This document shows positions 30,401 to 38,928 of a DNA stretch of 64,000 bases, in pieces. The stretch spans positions 2,752,001 through 2,816,000 of the forward strand of contig CBDHHL010000032.1 of the NCBI GenBank assembly GCA_965263355.1, read 5' to 3'. Source of the DNA: Leptolyngbyaceae cyanobacterium. GTDB lineage: Bacteria; Cyanobacteriota; Cyanobacteriia; Phormidesmidales; Phormidesmidaceae. Every line of letters starts with the position of its first letter. The stretch's first letter is position 1. A program made the translations under genes and the position numbers. The notes under the pieces were generated by a model. That model did not search any database. It was given only the letters and a program-made list of their open reading frames with translations, and was not told where the DNA came from.

Positions 30401-33400
30401 GGACGACGTTGCAGCGTTACCTCACTCCAAAGAGGTTGCTCAGTGGCCCCGGTGCGATAGTAACTAAAAGACTCTATACCAATTGGCACATAGGCTATCG
30501 AAAGTGATTCTTGCGGCAGTGCGGCCAAGACACATTGAAAACAAGCATCCAACACTGCAGGATGCAAATGATAGGTAGACTGATCTATTGTGCTCGGATC
30601 AGCCAGGTGAATCTGCCCTACGGCCCTACCATCGGTGCGCCAAAGGGCCTGAATACTACAAAAGAGCCCCCCATAGTTCAGACCTAATTGCTCACAAATT
30701 GCATAATGCTCGGCGGGCGATTGGACTTTATCTAGGCCCTGCTTTAATGAATGGATGGCTATGGGATCTTCTAGAGCTGATGTCGCTGGAGTGATTGTTC
30801 CTTCACAGTGCAATACCCAGTGGGATGCTTCAGATTCTGTTGACGCTGTCGACAGGGGCTGACTATACACTGCGAAGTGATAGGACTGAGGGTTTGTTCC
30901 TTGAGATACAGGGTTAAGAATCGTTTGGAGAGTTAAGGGTTCCTCTGATAAGACACACGCTTGAGGAATTGCTACTGAACTAAGCTGCAATGACGATGTT
31001 TTCAAAGCTTGGGAACCAGCGGCTAAACCCAGTTCTAAATAAGCAGCACCGGGCAAGATTACCTGGCTATGAACCTGATGGTCTTGCAAAAAAGCAGGCT
31101 GATTAACCGTTAGCGTTTGCTGAAAGAGTGTCTGTTTAAGTGGTGTGGAAATGAGTTGCCCCAGGAGAGGATGGCTTTCGGTTGGCTTGAGGTGATTGGG
31201 GGGTAGATTGTTGTGATGTGATACAGGCGAACGTTTCGATGGCCCATGGTCCATCCAGTGACGCTGACGTTGAAATGGGTAGGTAGGCAACGGTATCCGA
31301 CGGCCACAGCTATGTTGATAAAACTGTTGCCAGTCAATGGTGTGCCCCTGTCTATAGAGGGTGGCCAAACTGGATAACAGTTGCCAGCGATCAGAGTGTT
31401 TAGGATGTAGGCTAGGTAGCCATTGATGGGCCTGGTCCGTTAACACTGTCTGCCCTAACGTCAATAAGACAGGGCGGGGACCACATTCTAGAAATGTATC
31501 GTATCCCTGGTTTTGCAAAGTATTGAACCCGTCGGCAAATCGTACAGGCTGACGCACATGATTGACCCAATAATCAGGGGTGGTAATATCCTCGACCTGG
31601 GCAATTTCTCCCGTCAGATTAGACACGATATCGATGATGGGTGCTTGATAGGAAATTGACTCGGCCACTTTACGAAAGTCTGCCAGAATTGTCTCCATCA
31701 GCGGTGAATGGAAGCCATGGGAGACTTTTAACGACTTATATTGAACTCCTTGTTGTTCGAGCGTTTTGATAATAGTTTGTAATGTTTTTACTGGACCAGA
31801 GAGAACTGTATTTTGGGGCGTGTTGATGGCTGCGATCGCAACCCCCTCATGGGGTTTCAAGAGAGTTTTGCACTCTGCCATACTCGCCATTACCGAGACC
31901 ATCGCTCCATTGGCAGGTAACTCCTGCATCAGCCGACCGCGTTCAGCCACAAGCGTTAGCCCATCCTCCAGGCTAAACACATCGGCTATGCATGCGGCGA
32001 CATATTCTCCCAGACTATGACCCATAACCGCTGCAGGCTGAATCCCCCAAGACAGCCATAGTTGAGCTAAGGCATATTCAAAGGCAAACAGCACCGGTTG
32101 GGTGTAGATCGTATCGTCAATGCCAGGGTCTCCTACCGCATCACCATAAAGCAGCTCTAATAAAGGAATATTCCAGGCCTGAAGGATCTCAGCACAGCGG
32201 TTCAGGGTTTCCCTAAAAACAGGTTGAGTCTCATACAGTTCCCGCCCCATACCAACAGATTGAGATCCCTGCCCAGTAAAAAGAAAGACAATATCAGGTG
32301 GATGGGGGAATGTTTTTGTTAACCGTAGGTTGGGTAGAGGCACGAAACCCAACTGCTCAGCAGACAACAAAGAAGAACCAATAGATTGATATTGTAGCCA
32401 CGTTTGCAGCTGTTGTTGAAGATGATCAATAGAATCCACAACCAGACATAAACGGTGCGCAAAGTGTGCCCTACCAACACCTGTTGTAAAAGAGATATCA
32501 ACTAAAGATAGATGAGAGTTTTCGGTTAGAAATATTTGATATCGTTTTGCTAAGTCACGGAGAGTGTTTTCTGTTTTTGCAGAGAGGGTAAACAGCTGCG
32601 TGAGATTGGCGGTAGGTTGGCTGAGTTGTTGATTTGTGGCCTCTTCTAACACCATATGAACATTGGTGCCACCAATGCCGAGGGAATTAACGCTGGCCCG
32701 TCGAGGATGGTCGCGCTGGGGCCAGTCGACTAGGTGGGTATTGACATAAAAAGGGCTATGGGCAAAGTCGATTTGGGGATTGGGCTTTTCAAAGTGTAGG
32801 CTAGGGGGGATTTTGCCATGGTGAACGGCCAGGGCGGTTTTGATAAAACCCACCACTCCAGAAGCAATGTTGAGATGGCCCACGTTGGTTTTAACGGACC
32901 CGATGGGGCAAAACTGCTGGGCCTGGGTACTGAGGCGAAAGGCCTGGGTGAGGCCAGCAATTTCAATCGGGTCACCGAGCTGGGTCCCCGTGCCGTGGGC
33001 CTCTACATACCCCAGGGTATCGGCAGGAATATTTGCGATCGCTAATGCCGCTGCCGCCACCCTGGCTTGACCCTCACTCAGGGGCGCGAGATAGCCCACC
33101 TTCTGGCCCCCGTCATTGCCCATGGCTGACCCCTTGATCACCCCATAGATAAAGTCGTTATCGGCTCGGGCCTCTGCTAATCGCTTTAGCACCACCAAAC
33201 CCACACCGCTGCCAAATAGGGTGCCTTGGGAGTTGGTATCAAACGCACGGCAATGGCCATCCGCCGACAAAATCATCCCTTCTCGATAAAAATAACCGAC
33301 TGTCTGGGGGGTTTCCACCGATACGCCCCCCGCCAGGGCCAGATCGCATTCCCCCTGCTGCAAACTTTGCGCTGCCAGGTGAATCGCTACTAGAGACGTG

Positions 33401-36033
33401 GAGCAAGCAGTTTGCACGTTGACACTGGGGCCACGCAGATTCAACTTATAGGAAACACGGGTGGTCAGATAGTCTTTATCATTGGCCACCGTCATCTGGA
33501 AGCCCGCCATGGAACTGAGGTTAAACACGTCCAGGGGATCTTGGGGGTCGAGGGTGTGGCGCTGGGGATAAACGTGGTTGAGTAAATAGGTATTCATCGA
33601 GGCCCCAGCATAGAGGCCGATGGAACCGTCATAGGTCAGGGAGTTATAGCCAGCATTCTCCAGACTTTCCCAAGCACACTCCAGTAAAAGACGCTGCTGC
33701 GGATCCATCAGTTCTGCTTCTTTGGGGCTATAGCCAAAAAAGTCAGCGTCGAAGCAATCTACCTCGTCCAAGGTTGGGCTGGCCTTGACATAGTCCGGAT
33801 GCTGGATAAAGGCCGGGTCCACCCCTGCCGCTAGAAGTTCCTCATCGGTAAAGAAGGTGATGGATTCTACGCCGTCCTGCAGATTTTGCCAAAATTCGTC
33901 TAGGTTTTGCGCCCCTGGGAAGCGACCGGCCATGCCAATAACGGCAATGTCAGTGGATTGTGGGGACTGCGATCGCACCCGCAGCCTTGGCAGCTCTATC
34001 TGTTGCCCTGGTAGCTGATCCGTTGGCGTTGCTGTTTGCTTTAAGTAAGCCGCCAGGGAAGCAATGGTCGGATATTGAAATAAGGTGGCCGCCTTGAGGG
34101 TAGGGTCCAGCTGATTTTGCAAATGGCCCAGCACCTGCATCAACCGTAGCGATGTCCCACCCAACTCAAAAAAATTATCGTCTTTGTTGACGGTATCCAC
34201 TGGCAAGACAGACTGCCAGATTTGGGAAATCGACCGGATCAAACGAGACAACGAGCGTCGGCTGGCCTGACCTGTCGCGGCCAACGCCTGAATAATCTGC
34301 TCACATTGAGACTCAAATGCCCCGGCTGTAAATTGCTGACTGAGTTGGCTGCGCTGAATCTTGCCAATGCTTGTTTTAGGAATCTCATGTTTAGCCAGGG
34401 GCACAACATAAGTAGGCGATATGCCAAGCTGCTCGATTATCTGGGACCGGATCTGTCGGATCAGAGGAATGGTAGCTTTGACCCCCTGCTCTAGTGACAT
34501 GCCAGCTGAGGGATGGAAAAAAATTGCCAGTTGCTCACTGGTATCGTCAGCCGTCTTGACGCTACAGGCTGCCGTAAAGGAAACTTCGACCCCATCTAAC
34601 GCTTCGACAATAGCCTCAATCCCATGGCTGTAGTAATTCACGCCATTGAGAATGATCATGTCTTTCTGGCGTCCTGTAATAGTGAGACAGCCCTGGTTTA
34701 ATCGGCCTAAGTCGCCAGTATTAAACCAATGATCAGCGGTAAATACCTCCGCAGTTAAGTCTGGTCGCTGATAATAGCCACCCATGACAGTTAAGCCTTT
34801 GACCTGTAGCCGACCAATCGTTCCTTCTGGCACCACCTGGTCAGCCTGATCCACAATTCGCACAGAAACCCCCGGAATCGGGTTGCCTAACTCTACAAAA
34901 TCATCGTCATCATCGGTGGAGTCTAAAGAAAAAGTCCTGGAATGCACAATGCCAGAGCAGGTTTCTGACATGCCATAACCGGGGCTGACCGCATTGGGTG
35001 CCAAGCCATGGGGACTGAGGAGTTGCAAAAATTGCCGGGCCGTTTTACCCACCACTGCTTCGGCTCCATTCCCCATCCATCGCAGCGAGGATAAGTCCCA
35101 TTGCCGCTGCGCAATAGTAGCCGCTTGGTCATTTATCAGACCATAGGCAAAGTTAGGCGCCCAAGTGGCGGTAACCTGATAACGCTCTAGCAAATCGAGC
35201 CAGGTCAATGGACTTTTGAGCACCAACTCCCGTGCTACATGAATTTGACAACAGCCTAGATAGACCTCGGTCAGGTGAAACATTACCAGACTGGCAACAT
35301 GTTCCAGAGGCATCCAGTTGAGCGTGACATCGGCGGCGGTCAGACCATTGACAGTGGCCATGCCATAAGCACTCACACGCAAATTACGATGGCTCAACAT
35401 CACCCCTTTGGGTGTACCTGTACTGCCCGATGTCAACAACAAAAGTGCCAGGGCATCCGGTTGCGGCACAACAGGTTCAGGGCTATCGATATTTTTTTTA
35501 TTGATTGATGGTTGAGTTTTGTCTATACGCAACGCTTCAATCGCCAGCTGTTTCACACTGAGGCCAGAGGTCTCCAGCTGATGAGAGAGAGCTTGCATCA
35601 GGGTTTGATCGGTCAGAATAATTGGTTGTTTCAACAACTGAACAGCTCCCAGCAAGGGTGAAACTGTGTCAGTCGTTTGAGCCATCTGGGGAGAAACAGG
35701 CACCGGGATACACCCCAACCAAATACAGGCCCAGAAAGCAGCTAATAAATCTGGACTATTGGCTAGCTGGAGAACAATAAAATCGCCAGCTGTGATTCCC
35801 TGGGACTGCATGGCAGCCGCTAACTGGATGGCATCGTCTCGCAGCTCAGCGTATAACTGTACTACTTCACTGCCATTAACATCAAGGTATCGAATGCATG
35901 CGTCGGTTTGCGCTGCTTGCAGCAGGGCCTCAATTAATGTGTGAGGCATTGTCACTGAGTCAGGAAAAGAGGGGCCGTTTGCGATTGATAAACCTGCGTC
36001 TTGACGCTCAAACTCCGGTTGTCCCAAGGTCAT
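27403..36033 (-). CDS. Hybrid loading/PKS megasynthase A-PCP-KS-AT-DH-ER-KR-ACP
   Basis: TSGSTG and GYGMSET (A); LGGTSL (carrier); TACSTS/HGTGT/NVGH (KS); GHSLG/HGFH (AT); H...LPGAAY (DH); LNFRD/HSAAGGVG (ER); TGGLGALG/YAAAN (KR); LGLDSL (ACP). Confidence 0.95.
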   Translation of the reverse strand: MTLGQPEFERQDAGLSIANGPSFPDSVTMPHTLIEALLQAAQTDACIRYLDVNGSEVVQLYAELRDDAIQLAAAMQSQGITAGDFIVLQLANSPDLLAAFWACIWLGCIPVPVSPQMAQTTDTVSPLLGAVQLLKQPIILTDQTLMQALSHQLETSGLSVKQLAIEALRIDKTQPSINKKNIDSPEPVVPQPDALALLLLTSGSTGTPKGVMLSHRNLRVSAYGMATVNGLTAADVTLNWMPLEHVASLVMFHLTEVYLGCCQIHVARELVLKSPLTWLDLLERYQVTATWAPNFAYGLINDQAATIAQRQWDLSSLRWMGNGAEAVVGKTARQFLQLLSPHGLAPNAVSPGYGMSETCSGIVHSRTFSLDSTDDDDDFVELGNPIPGVSVRIVDQADQVVPEGTIGRLQVKGLTVMGGYYQRPDLTAEVFTADHWFNTGDLGRLNQGCLTITGRQKDMIILNGVNYYSHGIEAIVEALDGVEVSFTAACSVKTADDTSEQLAIFFHPSAGMSLEQGVKATIPLIRQIRSQIIEQLGISPTYVVPLAKHEIPKTSIGKIQRSQLSQQFTAGAFESQCEQIIQALAATGQASRRSLSRLIRSISQIWQSVLPVDTVNKDDNFFELGGTSLRLMQVLGHLQNQLDPTLKAATLFQYPTIASLAAYLKQTATPTDQLPGQQIELPRLRVRSQSPQSTDIAVIGMAGRFPGAQNLDEFWQNLQDGVESITFFTDEELLAAGVDPAFIQHPDYVKASPTLDEVDCFDADFFGYSPKEAELMDPQQRLLLECAWESLENAGYNSLTYDGSIGLYAGASMNTYLLNHVYPQRHTLDPQDPLDVFNLSSMAGFQMTVANDKDYLTTRVSYKLNLRGPSVNVQTACSTSLVAIHLAAQSLQQGECDLALAGGVSVETPQTVGYFYREGMILSADGHCRAFDTNSQGTLFGSGVGLVVLKRLAEARADNDFIYGVIKGSAMGNDGGQKVGYLAPLSEGQARVAAAALAIANIPADTLGYVEAHGTGTQLGDPIEIAGLTQAFRLSTQAQQFCPIGSVKTNVGHLNIASGVVGFIKTALAVHHGKIPPSLHFEKPNPQIDFAHSPFYVNTHLVDWPQRDHPRRASVNSLGIGGTNVHMVLEEATNQQLSQPTANLTQLFTLSAKTENTLRDLAKRYQIFLTENSHLSLVDISFTTGVGRAHFAHRLCLVVDSIDHLQQQLQTWLQYQSIGSSLLSAEQLGFVPLPNLRLTKTFPHPPDIVFLFTGQGSQSVGMGRELYETQPVFRETLNRCAEILQAWNIPLLELLYGDAVGDPGIDDTIYTQPVLFAFEYALAQLWLSWGIQPAAVMGHSLGEYVAACIADVFSLEDGLTLVAERGRLMQELPANGAMVSVMASMAECKTLLKPHEGVAIAAINTPQNTVLSGPVKTLQTIIKTLEQQGVQYKSLKVSHGFHSPLMETILADFRKVAESISYQAPIIDIVSNLTGEIAQVEDITTPDYWVNHVRQPVRFADGFNTLQNQGYDTFLECGPRPVLLTLGQTVLTDQAHQWLPSLHPKHSDRWQLLSSLATLYRQGHTIDWQQFYQHSCGRRIPLPTYPFQRQRHWMDHGPSKRSPVSHHNNLPPNHLKPTESHPLLGQLISTPLKQTLFQQTLTVNQPAFLQDHQVHSQVILPGAAYLELGLAAGSQALKTSSLQLSSVAIPQACVLSEEPLTLQTILNPVSQGTNPQSYHFAVYSQPLSTASTESEASHWVLHCEGTITPATSALEDPIAIHSLKQGLDKVQSPAEHYAICEQLGLNYGGLFCSIQALWRTDGRAVGQIHLADPSTIDQSTYHLHPAVLDACFQCVLAALPQESLSIAYVPIGIESFSYYRTGATEQPLWSEVTLQRRPDRENTVAIADVRIFDSTGQLIALVSGLAAKRYTPPTESWRNWLYQPTWQPLPPVQETSSLSSSGAWLIVGHDGASLDAIADRLTTQHQICVKTLRSEAQALTQLLDTPPEPSGWQGVIYAASPLVSVPGTCHKLPADRASLKDTIQKTCQRALHLAQALANSPVTHTRPPNLWIVTCATQSVLDCESLDIAQAPLWSMAKTIALEHPEWGCVCVDLDGDSQTRLDDLIAELTLQQRLSQKKVQTGQTSESHIAYRQGVRYGAHLVKERLGDNLTLTIQNRGSLEQLQWQTIHRQQPQAGEVEIQIQATGLNFRDVLNALNMYPGDAGALGLECVGEIVAVGEGVTTLQLGDGVIAIAPASFSQFVTVSANLVSLKPDHLSAVEAATIPTAFLTAYYALCQMGQLQQSDTVQRVLIHSAAGGVGQAAVQIAQHLGAEIFATASPGKWGFLRRQGIQHIFNSRTLAFADEILQQTQGEGVNLVLNSLSGDMIPSSLAVLTAGGRFLEIGKAGIWSLEQMSQQRPDVDYQIIDLVDITVKQPQLIQTMLQTLTDWLQQKVLHSLPVKAFDPQKAIDAFRFMQQAKHIGKVVVTAPGSKQVSGIRPDATYLMTGGLGALGLQVVQELANQGAQHLTLLGRHSPSDEAQQVITALSKAGVKVNTIPVDVADLSSLTIALQSMLQPSADVPLKGVFHLAGCIQDATLQQQTWADFERVMAAKVDGTWHLHELTHELALDHFVMFSSAASLVGSAGQANYAAANGFLDAIAQFRHQLNLPAISINWGAWSGSGLAVNATVQQKLNRSGIPMIAPDVGLKVLRQIITSPNAQNTPQIAVLPGTLKQWTGIDPDVVTASSISPSSISIQRQIQAAAANERLILLSRYLRAQVSIILGLDSNSLQDVSASFTELGLDSLTAVELRNRLQTGLNCPLPVTLIYDYPTLGKLQDYLMQMLVYDKDSAENERTRELTDSSQSMDSLPQDWEAISEAEAEALLLEKLEQLEG
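32325..32353 (+). repeat. GTAG-type REP element inside the PKS coding sequence
   Basis: GTAGGTTGGGTAGAGGCACGAAACCCAAC hairpin, translated as LGFVPLPNLR in the KS-AT linker. Confidence 0.7.
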
Positions 36034-36193
36034 TCCTCACCCTCTGACGGATTGAATGAATATGTGCTTCTGAAGCAGCAGGATAACGGGTTACAGGCAT
36101 CTTGTAAAGATGATCGGGGCAACATATGAGATGATAATGGCTGCTAGTAAGTAGAATTTCAGGGTTACCTGTGATCTGTGACTATTCGCCCCT

Positions 36194-37387
36194 TTGTTTG
36201 AATGGATGGAGACGCTCAACCTAATAATTTCCGATGAAACACTCCGAGAGGGAGAACAGCAGGTCGGGTTGTTTTTTGATGATAAGGCCGCACTTGCTCA
36301 ATTGATTTCCCAAACTGGCGTCCATCAGATTGCGCTGATGCCAGCCACCCATACCGCCGAGGCACAATTGGTTAAAAACCTGGCCAAACAGGGGCTACAA
36401 CAACAACTCGTTGCCTCTACCATGATGCGGCGATCAGCGATAGAGCATTCTAAAGATTGTGGTGTACGGCAAATAATTCTCTTTCATGCTGTCTCTGATC
36501 GACTCTTGTTTTTACGAGATCCAGCAGTTGCCGCTGATCCAAATCTGCATAGCAAAACAATTGATGAGGCGATCCCAGCGGCTGTTGTGCACCGCATTCG
36601 GCAGTCAATGTTAGCCAATGCCCTGGAACATGTGCGCTACGCTACTGATAAAGGATTGAGGGTTTGCTTTGCGGCTGAAGATGCTAGTCGAGCAGATTTT
36701 CACTTTTTGGTGGATTGTATTAATGCCTTAGGTCCCTATATTGACCAGTTTTTACTTTGCGATACGGTAGGCATTTTGACCCCTGAAAAAGCCTTTGTGT
36801 GGATTAGGGATTTACTGGAGTACACTCAATCGGTCCCCCTCTCAGTTCATTTTCACAATGATATGGGGCTGGCGTTGGAGAATACTATTCAAGCGGTACG
36901 GGCAGGGGCCATCGGTATTTCCGGGACGATGGGTGGGATTGGTGAACGGGCTGGCAATGCTCCATTGGATCAGGTACTGGGCGGTCTGCGGATGCGCTTT
37001 GGCTGGGAAGTGGCTGGCATTGATTACGATGCGGTTGATCGGGTGGTTGCTTATTTACACGATCAAGGTCACCGCCCCCATGCGCCCTATTCGCCTCAGG
37101 CCCAGCGCCATGAGTCGGGGATCCATGTGAGTTCATTGCTGCGCGATCGCAAAAGCTACACTGCCTTTCCCCACAGTCACCCTGATATTTGGTTTGGCAA
37201 ATGCAGCGGTGCCAGCAATTTGCAGTACCTGTTTGAGCATCACCTCAAGCAATCGCTCCAGCGCTCCCAGTATGAAAAGTTACGTTCAGCGATCAAAGCA
37301 ATTTCTATGCAAGAAAAACGCTCCTTTTCCGTCAACGAGGTGCTGGCCCTGATCGATGATCAGAACCTCCTCAGCAATCAAACATGA
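36194..37387 (+). CDS. LeuA/homocitrate synthase-family (HphA-like) keto-acid elongation synthase
   Basis: DETLREGEQ, CDTVG, HFHND, GIGERAGN and HESGIH motifs; no LeuA regulatory domain. Confidence 0.85.
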   Translation: MFEWMETLNLIISDETLREGEQQVGLFFDDKAALAQLISQTGVHQIALMPATHTAEAQLVKNLAKQGLQQQLVASTMMRRSAIEHSKDCGVRQIILFHAVSDRLLFLRDPAVAADPNLHSKTIDEAIPAAVVHRIRQSMLANALEHVRYATDKGLRVCFAAEDASRADFHFLVDCINALGPYIDQFLLCDTVGILTPEKAFVWIRDLLEYTQSVPLSVHFHNDMGLALENTIQAVRAGAIGISGTMGGIGERAGNAPLDQVLGGLRMRFGWEVAGIDYDAVDRVVAYLHDQGHRPHAPYSPQAQRHESGIHVSSLLRDRKSYTAFPHSHPDIWFGKCSGASNLQYLFEHHLKQSLQRSQYEKLRSAIKAISMQEKRSFSVNEVLALIDDQNLLSNQT

Positions 37388-37400
37388 ATCATTATGCCTT

Positions 37401-37548
37401 CTACAACAAATCGATGCACAGACATAGTGGTCTTTTCAAAGGCAATGCGTTCCAAGGGGAAAAATAAGCATGAAAGTTTTCTGTAGCGTGGAATACATTC
37501 TATGCTTGCTGTCATGCTTTGCAGTCTGTCAAATACTGGTTGTTAGCA
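37401..37548 (+). other. Degenerate attC-like site #5
   Basis: CTACAAC-N5-GATGCACAGAC ... GTCTGTCAAA-N5-GTTGTTA; L boxes pair imperfectly. Confidence 0.4.
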
Positions 37549-37551
37549 CGC

Positions 37552-37863
37552 CTAATTATTATGCTTAGATTTTCGATTTAGTTCCAAAGCATTACAAAAG
37601 CTATTAAGACTATTCAGCAGCGAATTGTAATAAGCATAGGCATCATCCCGTTCATGCTGAAGACGCTCATATAGAGATAGCTCTGGCTCTGGCAGCAAAT
37701 CCTCCTTGGGAAAGTCTAAGCCCGCTGTAGCTAGGCGTGTTGAAGCAATAGTAATCAACAGTGCCCCAATTGAATCTCTTTTACCAGTCTGTAAATCTTC
37801 AACTCCAGGCAGAATCAACTCTGCCCCTGGCAAATCCTTTAGTCTCATCAGACGTTCCTTCAC
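37552..37863 (-). CDS. Small helical partner of the DUF6036 protein
   Basis: 103 aa, 4-bp overlap with the upstream gene. Confidence 0.7.
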   Translation of the reverse strand: MKERLMRLKDLPGAELILPGVEDLQTGKRDSIGALLITIASTRLATAGLDFPKEDLLPEPELSLYERLQHERDDAYAYYNSLLNSLNSFCNALELNRKSKHNN

Positions 37864-38399
37864 TGACTTTTATCTCTCATCTGTTTAATAAAAGTCTCAA
37901 TCCTGTCTTTGAGGATTTCAGGATCAATAGAAGGAAACCGAATTAGGTCAGGTTCAATCGCCTTGAAACAATTGTCCAGATTTTCTAACGAAAATAATTG
38001 TTGTGCATACATGGCTTGAACATCGCTAATATCACGTTCATAACCCCTGGAAAGTTTAGAGAGTGCCTGGGCCGTAAAATCATAGTGATAGAAGGAAACT
38101 TGGCCTTGTTTACCAATGAACACACTCCTATCCTTCCACCCTGGTAGTGGTGGTAAAAAATCTTGAGGAGATGCGAGTTCGATATTGATATTTAACTCTC
38201 GTTTGATTTTTGCAATAGCTTGAAAGACCCCTGAAGGTTCAGGATCCAATCGAATATCGATATCAACCGTTGAACTACGCCATCCAATCAATAGCGCACT
38301 GGCACCTCCAGTAAAATAAACACAGCCTGCACCAAGGGCTTCTCTGCCTAAGATATTCATCAGCTGCTTTATTTTTTTAGGATCAACCGTTGAACGCAT
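37860..38399 (-). CDS. DUF6036-like nucleotidyltransferase
   Basis: YFTGGASA...R.STVDID and ALSKLSRG..RD..D motifs; probable start at ATG 38399. Confidence 0.75.
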   Translation of the reverse strand: MRSTVDPKKIKQLMNILGREALGAGCVYFTGGASALLIGWRSSTVDIDIRLDPEPSGVFQAIAKIKRELNINIELASPQDFLPPLPGWKDRSVFIGKQGQVSFYHYDFTAQALSKLSRGYERDISDVQAMYAQQLFSLENLDNCFKAIEPDLIRFPSIDPEILKDRIETFIKQMRDKSQ

Positions 38400-38589
38400 A
38401 CTTATAAAAAGTCTAAGGGGACAGTCATGTAAATCTATGGCCCATAATCGCCTATATTTTAAGGCTAGTTCATTAGCAAGGAGCAACCCCTTATTCTCTC
38501 ATTCTTATGATGCGATTTCATCCTGCGTTCTAATGCGCATTAATCATCATAAGGCTAGTTTCTGTCATAGAGGGTAGAATACGGCGCTG

Positions 38590-38852
38590 CATGTGAGTGC
38601 CTTACTACGCGATCGCAAAAGCTACACCGCCTTTCCCCACAGTCACCCTGATATTTGGTTTGGCAAATGCAGCGGTGCCAGCAATTTGCAGTAACTGTTT
38701 GAGCATCACCTCAAGCAATCGCTCCAGCGCTCCCAGTATGAAAAGTTGCGTTCAGCGATAAAGCAATTTCTATGCAAGAAAAACGCTCCTTTGCCGTCAA
38801 CGAGGTGCTCGCCTTGATCGATGACCAGAACCTCCGCAGCAATCAAACATAA
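38590..38852 (+). repeat. Decayed duplicate of the hphA-like 3' end (37124-37387)
   Basis: ~260 bp near-identical copy with TAC->TAA and a 1-nt deletion. Confidence 0.95.
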
Positions 38853-38928
38853 GCCATACCGCAGGGTGCGTTGGTCTGAGCCCAATGCACCGCTGATATT
38901 CTTTAAAGGACGGTGCGTTTGCTTTGCT

